Positions 49,979 through 63,290 of a stretch of DNA of 64,000 nt are shown here, one piece after another. Within the stretch, counting starts at the first letter, position 1, and each line of letters begins with the position of its first letter. The stretch covers positions 12,090,001 to 12,154,000 of the forward strand of contig OZ059899.1 of the NCBI GenBank assembly GCA_964057225.1. Reading direction: 5' to 3'. Origin of the DNA: Auanema rhodensis. Lineage: Eukaryota > Animalia > Nematoda. Both the position numbers and the translations under genes were made by a program. Under the pieces are notes generated by a model, which saw only the letters and a list, made by a program, of their open reading frames with translations, had not been told where the DNA came from and did not search any database.

Positions 49979-52900
49979 ATGGGAAGAAGATCAAGGGGTG
50001 CTGCAGCAACCGTTGTAGCACCAGTAACAAGAGCAACTAGGTCTCGTACTCGATTACAAGCAGCTTCTTCAGTAAATCCTTCACCTGAACCTCCTGTTGA
50101 AAATGGTTTGTTTATTTTTATGCGGGGTGTATTTGTTTTTAATTTGTAGGAAATGAAGTGAAAAGTGTAGAAACCGTTCAAGATTCAAATAGTAAAGAGG
50201 AAGAACCTGAAATTATTATTTGTGAAGATGTAACAAGTTCTTCCTTAAACGAAGGTTTTTATAATCCATAATAATTTTATTTACAATTTTAAATTCTAGC
50301 ATCGTCATCATGCGATTCTGTTGAAATAATTGCATCTAAAGTAACAGAAAGTAATTCAGTTCTAACTGATGAGGTTTTTATTATACAAATTTAAGTTTGA
50401 AATTTAAAAAATTTTTAGTCTATTTCTGAACAACCTACAACATCTTCGAGTAGCAAATCAGAAGAAGTTGAAGTTATTACGATTTCTGAATCTGTAGATG
50501 ATGTAATTTGTTATGCTTGATCATTAAAAAACTATCAACTTCCAGGATGAGCCTCTAACTGAAAATCGTCATGAATCTGAAATATTAGTTGAAGAAGCAA
50601 AATCATATACAGACGAAAATGAAAAACAAGAGGTAATAATATAAATTCTATTTAAGATTATATCTCGTTTTAGGCTGTTAGTGAAAGTGGTAGTTTGGGA
50701 GTTATCGATCCAGGAGCTACATCGTGTCCGCATAATGTGAGCGTAGTTTCAAAGCATTTTAAACCTCTTGAATTTAGGATGTCCCGAATGAAACGAATAG
50801 CGATGAAAACGTTGTTTCAGAGGTATTTTTTTGTTTTTTAAAGTTGTAATGTTCAATATACCTTGTTTTAGTTAAATATTGATCCACCGGTTGATATGGG
50901 AAGTGCTTCTACTGCCAAATCTGATGATGTGGTTATTTATTACTGTTGTTTTTGTTTTTAATTCTTGCTTTCAGGTTGAAAATGTTGTGAATTCTCAAAT
51001 TACTGATACTGAAGATATTCCAGTAATTGAAGATAATTTACAGGAGACTACTGAAACAAAAGATAAAGTAGATTCGGAGGATGTATGTTTTTCTTTTGAA
51101 CATCAAGTATAATTTGTTTTCAGATGGACATGGAAATGTCCGATCAGTCTAGGGAACCTTCTCCACAACCACCGACTGTTGTTGAAGCTAAGAATGATGT
51201 TCCTGCTGTTAGTACGCCTATTGTGAACGTAATACCTGCACAAGCGGAAGTTCCTCCTCCACCACCTGAGGAGACAGTGTATTCTCAAGCTGATGACTAT
51301 TATTTTCCACTTCCCCCCAAAATGCCACCAAATATGGACAAGAATCAGTTTTACACTTCTCTACATGCTGGTGATTTTGGGATGGAATACATGCAGCAAC
51401 TCACCAACTATATAAACGAATCTGCTCATAAATGGTACCAACTTCACCAATATTATTCATTTAATGGCTTACCGCTTCCTTGCCCTGAGCGATATAAGGC
51501 GTTCATGGAACATTTCGATATTCACCAAAGAGTTCAGTACTCAGCTGCTTTGAGACCTCAAGCTGAAGCGCAAAAGGCTTCTGAAGAAAGAGTTAAGTTG
51601 TTATTTTTCATAGTTACTTATTTTAAATATTTTAGTCACGGAATAGGATTCAAGGAGTTCTAAAATCTTTTGCTCGTGATAAGAAGAAAAGAGAATCAGC
51701 TGCACAGGAAACCGAAACTCCAGCCACGTCTACAAAAGAGGATGAATGTAATATAGCCCCAATATGCAACACAGATGCTGCTTCGCTTTCTACTACCTAT
51801 ACCATCACCTCCAATGAGAGCATTGAAGTTCAAAGGCCCACTGCCACCACTACCACCGCCACTACTGAAATGGAGTCTGAGACTTCTCCAAAAAAAGTAA
51901 ATGAAGTTGTTCCTGCGGAATCAAGTGAAAACGTTGTCATCGTTGAAAAAGAAAAGCCAGAACCGTTGAAAAAGTTGCCTGCTATTGAAATTGAAAACGA
52001 TACTAGCAGTGATCCTATTCCAGCTGATCTTGTGGTTATCGACACTTGCGAAGATGCTTCTAATGTTCATCAGTACTCGCAACTTTTGAAATCACCACAA
52101 AAAACTGAACCTATTCTGGAGAAAAGCGCTGTTCTACTCTCACCTCGCGGTAAATCGAAGACGAAAGAAATTAGCAGATCGCGCTCTCCCAAACGAAGGA
52201 GAAGCGTATCCCGGTCTAGGACACGCTCTCGTTCCCGTTCAAGATCTAAAAGTAGAACTCGAAGCAGGAGTCGGAGTAGGACACGTTCCAGATCCCGTAC
52301 TCGCTCAAGAAGCCGATCTCGTAGCTATACTCGATCGCGAAGTAGGAGCTACACACGAAGTTCTCGTAGCCGTAGCCGTTCTCGGACCCGCAGCAGAAGT
52401 CGCAGGCGAGGCCGATCACGCACTCGGAGCAGAAGTCGAACACGCAGCAGAAGTCGTACCAGAAGCAGATCCCCTAAAAGATATAGAAGCCGTAGTCCTC
52501 GAGGATATCGAAATCGAAGTCCACGACGGTGGTTCCGAGGTGGACATCGCTCCGCATATCGTCAATATGGAAGCCGTGGAGGAGGTTATCGTCGCAACAG
52601 CAGAAGTCCGTGGAGAGATCGAAGGAATCATTTTAGAAATAGTAATTATCACGATCGTTATAATAGGAGACGAAACTATAGTCCGTCGCCAACGGGCCGC
52701 GAAGACAAGGTTTGAGTTTCGCATGTATTTGTTATATTGCATATGATTTAGCCCCGACATGAGCATAACGAAGTTCATGAAAAAGCCAATTCTTGCGAAT
52801 CAATGAAACCTGTTCCAGGTATGTATTTAATCATCTTGAATAGTTCCTTATTACCTTGTTCAGCAGCTGTTGTTATTGAAGAAGAAAAAGTTGAAGCTCC

Positions 52901-55900
52901 AGCTCTGGTTGCCCCACCTTTCCCACGTTTCGAAGAAATTGAAACTCTTATTTATATGGATGAGAAAATATCAAAAAATGGCAAAAAACGTCAATTGGAA
53001 ACTGATTTAGAGTTAGTTTATATTTAGTTATTTTGTATATAAATGATATCAATTAGTTGTGATTGTCGAGCCAACAATTTGGATTGCTCGGACAGTCGAT
53101 GTATCAATCGTGAAATGATGTTTGAATGTTCCTCTAAATGTGGCCCTCAATGTAAAAATCGTCGTTTTACTCAGGTTGAGTATTAAATTTTTTATACATA
53201 ATTTCATAAAACATTTTTAGAGACAATATGCTAACGTTTCTTCATTCTATACTGGACCTCAAAAGGGATGGGGTGTACGAGCCGGAGAAGTTATCAAGAA
53301 GTAAGAAACTAACTCTTGTTTTTAAAATTTATACTTGTTTCATAGGGGAACTTTTATTATTGAGTACATAGGAGAAGTTGTAACAAATGAAGAGTTTGCT
53401 TTGAGGCAGAAACGGTATGTTCTCTCTCACATTTCTTTTTGAAGTTATTTTGCTTTAGTTATGCCAAAGATCCCAACCATACTCATCATTATATCTTTGA
53501 GTTAGGCCAAAAATTGATTGATGCTACCGTCAAGGGAAATTGCTCTCGCTTTATCAATCATTCCTGTGAGCCTAATGCTATATGCTTGAAGGTATACTAT
53601 CTGTTGTTTTTATTTTTTTTTCTTCAATTCATTTATTTTTTCAGTGGGCTGTGCCGAAAACACCTAGAGATGTTAGTAGGATAGGTTTCTTTGCTAAACG
53701 GGATATCCAAATAGGAGAAGAAGTTACTTTTGACTATCAGTTTTGTAATTATGGGTGCGGTTACCATGTTTGTGTTACGATGTTAAGTGGTATTTTGCAG
53801 ACGTACTGCTCAAACATGTCATTGTGGAGCTCCATCTTGTAAGGGACTCATTGGTCAAAAACCTGATCTTGGTGATGATGAAACAGAGGATGATGAGGAA
53901 GAAGATAGTGAAGAATATGACGAGGCTGAAGAAGAACGGGAGGTAGTGAATTTATGATTGGCAGCGAAAATTTGAAATGTTTTTCAGCGTGAACAGCAAC
54001 GAATTGAAAAGGAAGAGCAGTTGGAAGCCAGAGCCATATATCATCTTAATGCCATTCACAGCGAAGGTTATTACGGTCGTAAGCAGTTGACTAAAAAATC
54101 TTCTAAGTTTATGAAATATCTGGTAACTTGAAATTAATGTAGCACTCGAGATACATTTGTTTTTAGGCTAATGTTATCACAACTGAGAATAGGATTCGTA
54201 TGCAAAGTTTAATTGAAAGAACTGTGAGTTAAAGGCTACTTCTCTATGAAATTGAAAACATTTAGGACTCTGATTTCTATCAAGCAATTAAACGAAATAA
54301 CTTGTTTAACATTCTTCTTCAATGGGTAACCTCTTCTGGATGGGAACGTCATGATCTTGATTTAAAAATTGGTATTCTGAAGATGATTGAAGAAAAGGAC
54401 AAGGAAAACTTCCTAGACAAAGCTGTTGTATGTAATTAATAATAATTTTGTTTCTAATTTGTCTGTTGTAGGGATGGAATCAGGAAAATTATCAACTTCT
54501 TTGCGATCTTGCCAATGGTACAATACCTGACGACATTGCTTGTGTAGATAGTTTGGAGTATATTGTTGAAAAAGTTTGCGATGATGAAGATAATGAAAAT
54601 GACAATGATGGAAATAATGGAGTACGTTGTTAACCTTCATGACTTAGTTCATTCAATGCTTTAAGCCGTCACGGGAACAGGCATTTACCGAAATTTCCGA
54701 AATTGCTTCGAGATTGTCATCGGATACTAATATAAAGAAAGGAGTGGAAACAACTGGATTGAAGGAGTTTAAAATTCCCAAAAAGGTTTCTCTTCTTTCT
54801 CATAATCTTGTCTTATTTGTTCTATTAGGTTCGGGAACGAGCATCTGCTGGCAAAGATGGCAAAGAGGAGCCTGAGAAGATAGATAGATCTAGAGAAAAG
54901 CCTGATCATCGAAACCACTTTAGGCCCAGTTATCAGCCTAATTATTCGTCTTCTTATTCTCATAGACGAGATTTCGATAGAGGAATGAAACGAAAGTTTG
55001 GTAAGTAATGGATTGTTTTCTTTTTATTAGTTATTTTATCAGATGACAAATATCGAAAGGATGAGGAGCGACCTTATAATAGAGAAAGCTTTGGCAATAA
55101 GATGGAAATTAAAAGACCACGACGATCACGCTTTGACCAATCTCCAGTATGTTCCTTCAATTATCTGTTTTAGTATTTCTTTCTTTTTTAGGTTAGATCT
55201 CCTCTGACTATCTCCATTAGTAATGCCGATTTCTCCATGCAAAATGACTCTCCTGCTACTTCAATGTCAATAGATTCAACATTATCCCCTAATAAGGCTA
55301 TGGTAATTAATTTTGGTATTAGATTATTAATTTGATCTTATTTAGAAGAATTCTATATCTGCCCCACATTCATCAACTGCTCCAGGGTCTATGGAATCAT
55401 ATCAGCACAGCATGGGTACATGCTTCAAATTTGCATCTTGACATTAATTAGTATTCTTGCAGCAATGTGGCAAACCTACATGAGTATGGGGTATCCGATG
55501 CCTTATCCTACCATGACAATGACACCGGGTTCTCAAATGCCTTCTTTCCCATCCGTTGACTCGGAAAAGAAAATTGAATATTATATGTCAATGAATGTAG
55601 AACAGCTGAAGTAATCATTGGGCTTTTTCTTGATTCTAATTCTTTTGTTCCAGGCAATGCCAAACATGCTACGAAACTGAGTTAAAATATCTTGATGTGG
55701 CAATAAAAAAGAAGGAAACGGAGGCTGCTTTAGCTAAAGCTCAGCGAGAGGCCGCCGCTGCTGCTGTAAGCTTTTAAGTAGTTTAGATTTTTCACAAGAT
55801 TTCTTTAAGGCTGCTGCCGCAGCACTGGTTATGGGCCCTTCTGGTTCTGACACTACTCAGACGCAGAGATCTAATTCCCCTCCTCCCCCACCTGAAAAGA

Positions 55901-56712
55901 AAAAATCAAATTATGCTAAAGCTCTCGATGCCGATGGGACTGTTTACTATTTTCATAAGGTTTACTGTTCTCCACGTAACTCGTACTGACTTCGACGGTT
56001 TTTTTAGGAAACACGAGCAACTTGTTGGGATTTACCTGAAGGTGAAACTTGCGATGAAGATGATGCTATTCCTTACAGTGAATTCCAACAACCAGATTCT
56101 TCAATGGATGTCGAAGAGGTAACTTCAAATAAACTACGACTATAAATAGTTCCTTGGCAGGAACCTAAACGTCAAATGGATATAGCTGCTCGTGCATTAG
56201 AAATATTTTCATCTCCTGCCATTCCAATTGAAAATAAAAATGAATCTACAACACAAAATACGGGTAATGTAGACTTTCTAAGTACGATGCCAGAAGATGA
56301 GAAACAAAAGCGAATCAGGGTATTATCTTAACTATTCTAATGAATCTCATTTGGTTGCTTTAGATATTCAAACTTACGGTTGAGAAGGAAGTTAAACCTA
56401 TTATAGATTCCTTCTTAAAAGGAATTCCTTCTGCTGATGCAAATAAACGCATGTGGCTCATTAAACAAGTAGCTGATGTTGTTGTTTTTCCAATTTAAAC
56501 ATTAAATTTTAGGTTGCCAAAGAAATGTTCAAACGGGAAAGTAGTAAACCAGAATTTGATTTACGGTTTAATGATATAATCCGGAAAAAGGTAAGTTCCA
56601 TTGTTCTACTAGCTTATTAAAACCATTTTGTTCTCAGGTTCAAAACTATACTAAAGCTTTCATGCAACGAAAATGTGCTGATGGTGGGAAGGATCTTTGG
56701 AAAGGGTTTTAA
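49979..56712 (+). CDS. met-1: SETD2/Set2-family H3K36 methyltransferase
   Basis: Acidic disordered N-terminus, RS domain, AWS (CDC..C.DSRCINREMMFEC..C..CKNRRF), SET (KGWGVRA, FIIEYIGEV, IDATVKGNCSRFINHSCEPN, GEEVTFDYQF), post-SET CHCGAPSCKG, WW domain (DADGTVYYFHKETRATCWDLP) and an SRI-like C-terminus. Confidence 0.93.
52170..52530 (+). repeat. Coding RS/RT low-complexity repeat within met-1
   Basis: About 110 aa of RSRSRTRS repeats with diversified codons in ORF 51870-52715. Confidence 0.9.
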
Positions 56713-57226
56713 AAAAATCTACCTAGTCATTGCTGTGGAATCTCATTAATTTTCACTTGGTACATTGATTTCTCAAATTGTTTGTTTGTTTACTAACCAT
56801 TATATTGTTATTTTTTTATATTAATATCTTGTCATATTATCTACATCGGTGAACTCCCCGTGTATGTATAGGTATGTTTTACATTTAAGGTGATCAGTTG
56901 CCATCTTCTCGCGTTATGTATTTTGTTGTTATCCTCATACAGTCATTCAGAATAACAATACCCATTTCATAATAGGCTAAGATTAGGAAGTAAACTCTCA
57001 TACTTGCTGATCTCGATTTTAGAAGTTATCATACAGCCTATTGTTGAAGCTTGGTATTCGATTGTTGTCTCTTCTCCTCTTTTATTAACCTACTGTGCTC
57101 TGCATAGAATAATACATCTTTAATGTTTATAAATTGTTACATAATGAATTGGACCTTTGCTTCGGTTTGTGTTCCCTCGTTTTACTTCAACGAATCTGCT
57201 GCTGCTTTCTGAAATTCTTATTTTAG

Positions 57227-58976
57227 ATGGCTCAAAAGCGTGTTAAAGTTAAAATCGAACATAAGCAGAAATTGTTTTACGAAAAATTTTTATCGGCTTG
57301 GAGGGATGAATCTGAAGATAGAAACCAAAAATGCACTTTGTATAAAGCTTTGCATAATCTGAAACAATACCCACTTGAGGTTAATGGAGTTGCTGATTTG
57401 AAAAGATTACATGGTTTGAATATTTGTTTAGCACTTCCACGGTTGTCGTTTTAAGGCATTGGGGAAGTTATAGCAGTAAAATGTGCAAATGCTTGGGATA
57501 ATATATGTGCTGATAATGATAATGAAATTTTAACCCTGAAAGAGGTTAAAGCCCTAACTTTAGGTTTGGTATTTTATTAAAATTTGTAAAAAATACTAAA
57601 ATTTATCTGTGAATTCAGATGACTACAAAGGTCTTATTAATCAAAAAGGAACGAAACGCAAGATAGCCACATCACCAACTGTTTCAAAGAAAAATCGTGT
57701 TGACAATAATGAATTCATTGAAGTTGAAGTTAGATATATGGAATAAGGTTAATCTTATAATTTTTGTGTCAGCCTGTAAGAACAACTATACCTTCTAAAA
57801 CTACAAATGTCCCAAATACGATCAGAGCTACTTCCACTGAGTTTGTAGATTCTGATTGCGAAAACGATGTAGTTCCAATTCCTCAGGTACTATCTGAATT
57901 AATTCATTTTTTTTATTTAACTCTAGTCCTCCTCTTCATCTGAGTCAACATCTGGATCTTCTCAGGTTCATTATTTAAGTTGTAAACCTTTACAACAGCC
58001 CGAGGTAACAATAAAGTCTTCCAGCCTAAAATCATATTCTAATTAGATTATATTAATCTGTGATAATCGTGAGCATCATGGTAATAAGAGAGGAAAAACA
58101 GTAGTGGAACAACTCAGCAAAGCTGATATAAGAGTTTGTTTTTTCTGACCACAAAGGCTTAGATATTATGTTTCAGTTCGAATTGCGAACATTATCTGTA
58201 GGTGATTATCTTTGGGTAGCAAGATTGATTGATGGCTCAGAACTTGTGCTTGATTGGGTAATTGAACGAAAAACTTGGGATGATTTAAAGTCTAGTATTC
58301 GAAAAGTCAGTTCCATGTTCTTATATAATGTTCTTTTATGGGTAAAAGCCATTTTAAGGGACGATATGAAGAACAGAAGCAAAGAATTTGTAAGGCTCCA
58401 ATTAAAAATCGTGTTTATTTGATAGAAGGACGTGGAAAGGGAGATGTACCTTGCGAGCAAGTTAGATTTTTCTTATGTCATTTACTCTTGCGTTTTCCCA
58501 GGCTATAATTACAACAATGACTAGAGATGGATTTATGGTTCAACGTTGTGACTCTGGAAGGGAAACAGCAGCCTTTCTAACTATTATCACTAAGAAATTA
58601 ATTGATAGAGCATCTAAGGAAGAAGTTAAACTCTTATAATATTTCTTTTAAAATACTGAAATTACAGTTGGTTGGGATTCAATTTAATGATTTACAAGAT
58701 TTATCAAAGAAAACTAAGATTCAAACGGTTCAGGATGTTTGGACTCGTCAATTAACGGTATGATTGATATAGGAACGGTAGTGTAATATCGTATTTTAGG
58801 TCTGCCCTGGAATGTCTTCTACGAAAGCTCAGCTAATTGCTTCAGTTTTTCCATCTCTTCCTAGTTTGAACCAACATTTTACTAAATATGGCTATACGGG
58901 TGCAAGTAAGTTACATCAAGTTTTACCAGGAATTCCCAAATCACTTGCAAATCAATTAAGTAAATTTTTCTTATAA
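57227..58976 (+). CDS. mus-81: Crossover-junction endonuclease MUS81
   Basis: N-terminal HhH (YKALHNLKQYPL..LHGIGE), ERCC4 nuclease motifs LICDNRE, LSVGDYLW, ERKTWDDLKSSIRKGRYEEQK and YLIEG, and a C-terminal HhH (RQLTVCPGMSSTKA). Confidence 0.95.
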
Positions 58977-59217
58977 TACTTTCATATATATTTAAGTTTT
59001 GTTTGATCTCAATTAAAACCCTAATGTAATTTTATAAAAAAATTATTTTATTATTATAAGACAAGACACCGCAAATTATCACAGTTTTGTTTGAGTTTTA
59101 CTGGTAATAAATAAATTCATATCAACACTGTACATGAGAATAAATTAATTAATCTTTGTATATAAATATTGATTATTAATGAATTCTCAATCCTTTGGCC
59201 CTTGGGTAATTCACAAA

Positions 59218-61053
59218 TTAAAGAATTATTTGATTTTTGTAGCTACACATTAGTTCTTTATATGGCAAAACAACACAGTTGAGAATGATAGTCTCAGCAG
59301 CTATACTAACATCATTCGCAACAACAGTAAGTGATGGAGTTAATCTACCATCAGATAAAAACAGAGGCTTGTTCTCTAACTGAAATCGTCATACTTTAGC
59401 ATGAAATTTGAAAATGATTCACCTTAGCGAATGGTACATTAGGATTAGGGGTTAAAGGTATGCCTTCTACTCGAGCCCATTGCCCAACTTCTGATCTCCA
59501 ACCAATAACAGAATGTAGAACACAGGCGTGCTCTCGTATAACAGCATCATTTAGAATTATAGATTCCTGAAAAACAATTATAAACTTTTCCCTTCTTCAA
59601 ATATGTCATGTCATACCTTGATACGGACTCCTTTTCCAATTTTTGCATTTGGTCCGATACTAACATTTGGCCCTATAGTAGCTGATGGATCAATCTTTAA
59701 ATATTGCATTCAATTTTTTTTTAAATTCATTAACTACCTGTGCACTAGGATCTATAAATACATCACCTATTATTTCAGCTCTGTCCTTACACAGTCGATC
59801 AGTATAACGTTTTTTAAACAAACGAAGATAATGACGATTTGCATACAAAACAGCACTATAAATCAGAATCTAACAATTACTGATAAGCATACGCTTACGC
59901 CGCAGTTTTAGTTTGACTCCACCAATTACTAGTATGTAAAGCAAAAAGATTCCCAGCTGCAGCCATCTCGGGAAAGAGATCAGTTTCTAACCACATACTA
60001 CCGCAAGGCGCCTCTGATCCTACCAAATTCTAAAATATCCACCACTGATATATTTAGTTGGACTTATTATGATCACCATTATAACTTCTGATTTTATCAA
60101 ATAAATTCCACATGATATATTAGTGGAAACAAAAGAATCTGGTTTATCAACATAATGTAAAACTTGGCCCTCGCTATTAACCACAACCTAAAGTTGTCAA
60201 GATTAACTTCATATATATCAAACTGTTCTAACTGAGCCGAAATTAACGCTTTGTTCTCTTGTTGCTTCTGTTGTTAGTAGAAGAGCACTTGAATCAGGTA
60301 ACTTTTGCAATTTATCACACATTTCTTTAACAGGTAAATCCCCACAAACATCAGCATTGATGACAAAAACTGCTTCTGGATTACCAGACAAAAGAATATC
60401 TCGATAGTGAAGTAAACCGCCACCAGTACCTTAAGGGTTTTAATGCTTCTATGACTTTGATGTACATGAACAAACCTAAAGGTTGAGATTCTTGTAGATA
60501 CTTTATCGAAACTCTGTATACTTGCTGACATCTTTTAATAAAATCAGTAAATTCACTAGAGTTATAAAAACCAATAAGAAGTATTTCAGACAGACCAGGT
60601 AACTATAAACACATAAAGGAATTTCAATTTTTTCTGATTCTCTGGATACCTGGGACAGCTGATCAATGTGATGTTCAACAAGGGGTACACCAGCAATAGG
60701 AAACAGAGGCTTCGGAAGTTGAAGAGAAAGCGGACGGAACCGAGTACCTAGAACACTAGTTTTGAAATTTCTGCAAAAATTTGCTACAATGAAGGTAGTA
60801 TTTGAATCTTATCTCCCAGAAACTAGGCCAAGACTGTCACCGTTACAAACCTATCATCAAAATCTAAGTGGGAAGTTCTGAACTGCTATAGCCATAACAA
60901 TAATAGGAAGGATTAAAAAGAAAGCATAAAGGGACAATAGAGCTCCAGCTGCCAATATCATCGTGAGGGAAGGATTCAAACTCAGAAGTTAAATCGAAGA
61001 CGGAACGCACCTTTCTGCGGTCCTCCAACTAATACTGCCGCTTTGAAGGCCAT
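59218..61053 (-). CDS. Mannose-1-phosphate guanyltransferase alpha (GMPPA) homolog
   Basis: [43 protein letters not shown], hexapeptide repeats, VGQWARVEG, and a C-terminal [17 protein letters not shown] characteristic of GMPPA. Confidence 0.93.
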
Positions 61054-62094
61054 GACGAAGACCAAATGGGGTCAGTGGATAACCGGAATAGTTGAAAAAT
61101 CGAATAGTTCAGCGGGACTGACCTCCTTGATGAACAAGATGAGATATGTTATATTAACATTTATATTTAATAGTACATTGGACTTATGATAAAGTCCAGA
61201 GTATTTAAGAGAACGCAAGCAAGGTATGAAAAAGCTCGAAGAGAAGAACAAGACCAAATAAGGAAAACTTTAAATTAAATTTGTGGTAGAGCGGTAATGT
61301 CTTTAATTTTAGCGTGCAGAATAATTGGTGGTCAAGCCTAGTAACTAAAGGATACGCTTAACGATGCTTGTTATCAACTACACGGGAAATGCAAATACAC
61401 GTGGATTAGAATTTTTCTGCCACAAGCGTGCGCCATGGATAAATAATTGGTCCTACGACGATTTTCGACAATAACTGTGCTATGAATATTGCCTCTCAAT
61501 AAAATGGACTCGTTTTCTCTGGTGATTAAAAAAGGTTTCTGATTTTTATTTTTTTTTGTTGTTCTGTATGTGAAGAAGATGTGTAAGATCCTCCTGTTTC
61601 AAAATCAGGTAATGCAGTTTCTTTTTTCTTTGAAAATTGTTGTTTAAAATAAAAAGTCCGCAAAAAGAAGTAAAAAGTATGCGAGTACTTTATTTATAGT
61701 AAAGATCATTGTTTATTTAATGTCATCAATTAGATTATTCCACCTTTTCAATGAAGGTAAAACTTTATTAGTTTTATTAAAACATTTCAAAGTTCAACAA
61801 GAATATATACAAATTTTGGTACATTTGCAGTGGCAATCGAGGTATTTTTTCGGTAAAATATATACAGATAATATGAGGATTTGGGTATAATAAGCGCGAT
61901 AATTTTCTTGTGAGGTCATTCTAATAACACTGCTTAAAAGTTAAATAGTATAACAATGCTCAATACAATCATCAGATAAGATGTCACTGGGATCAGCAGA
62001 AATTAAAAACTATCTAAGCACTCTTTGAAGAATAACGATATTATTTTGCAGGTGTAATCACATTGGGTGGCTTGTGGAGCAATGTAGATATCTG

Positions 62095-63290
62095 CTAGGC
62101 TGTTGTACATAAAGGGCTGGACGAGCGATATTCAGCTTGATTTGCTAGCAAATCGCGAATTCCATACTTCTCTTTAAGTATTTCCCTTACATCGCGCCTC
62201 TGAACGAAATGTTCTGTTTAAAATATTATAACGGTAATACTTACTTCATTCGGAATGCTTTCTAACAGAGGAAGAAGTTTGAGAAGTTCAGTGTCATCTT
62301 TTTCTTGGAACCAACTTTCAATAGGTATTCCATTATCTATTTGGTAAGCGAACGATTGAGGAGCGTTGTCAATGATGACGGTTCTGCTCAAATCCCTTCC
62401 CAGAATTGATAAATCTTTAATATAATTGCCATAGACATAAACACAGTGTTCACGGAATAGTCTATGCCTAACAAGTCTCTTTTTGGGATCTAGTAAATTC
62501 TGAAAAAAAAAGAAACTTATTTTATGTATCTTATAATATCCCATACCATCAATTTGTCAGCATATATTCTCTTACTTGCCGTGAACAATATTATCTCGTA
62601 TTTTTCAGCCAGACGTTCCAAGAAAGTATGCAAATGAGGTCTTATTCGTACATATACCTTTAAGATATTGATTTTTTAAAGTTTCCTTAACTTAATAGTT
62701 TACTTGGTATGTGTTGTTTTGAAAATGTACAGGAAAAACTATTGAGGCATCAGGCAAAGGGTTCAGACTGCAGTGAACCAATGTTTCATCCTGTATTTCA
62801 AAAAATATGTGTGCATATGGAGAAAAAATAACTTACCAAATCAAGTACTAAGCTAAATTCCGGGGTTGATCTTGTTCGGAGTGGTAAGGCTGGACATTGA
62901 TACCTCAATCGCCCCAGGGGGCATACGTTAGAAAGCATGATAACACTGTAAAATATGTATTAAAATGCTTGTTTACATCATTTTTATTTTTGGGAATAAT
63001 TTATATAGTTTCTTTATAACTTGAAATTATTTTATGTATGTTCGTCTGTTGAAATTAAAAAGATTGTCCGAACTAATACAAACGAGAAAGTAAAGCTGTT
63101 GGCAGTTAGCCAAGGGCAAACTACAGTAATCAAATAAATTAATATGTGAGGATAATTGAAAAAATCGATAAACTTACAGTTCATAGTCGAATGGACCTGG
63201 TCCTTGATGTTCGCCTACTTGAGATTCGTCGATCTTCTTGTCCTTTCCTTGCCATATCAGTATTCCGTCGTCACTCAGCTTGCGCTTCAT
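62095..63290 (-). CDS. scpl-3: CTD small phosphatase-like 2 (CTDSPL2/SCP4, HAD family)
   Basis: [28 protein letters not shown] (DLDET motif), [61 protein letters not shown]. Probable start MKRKLS at 63290. Confidence 0.92.

Noticed and set aside
60749-61010. Unusually long GMPPA intron 1 as a snoRNA host
   Set aside because: A TGATGA box is present on the sense strand, but there is no properly placed CTGA D box or terminal stem.
62041-62097. Possible stop-codon readthrough of scpl-3 (TAG CAG ATA plus ~17 codons)
   Set aside because: The context matches neither UGA-CUAG nor CARYYA, and an extension this short is expected by chance.
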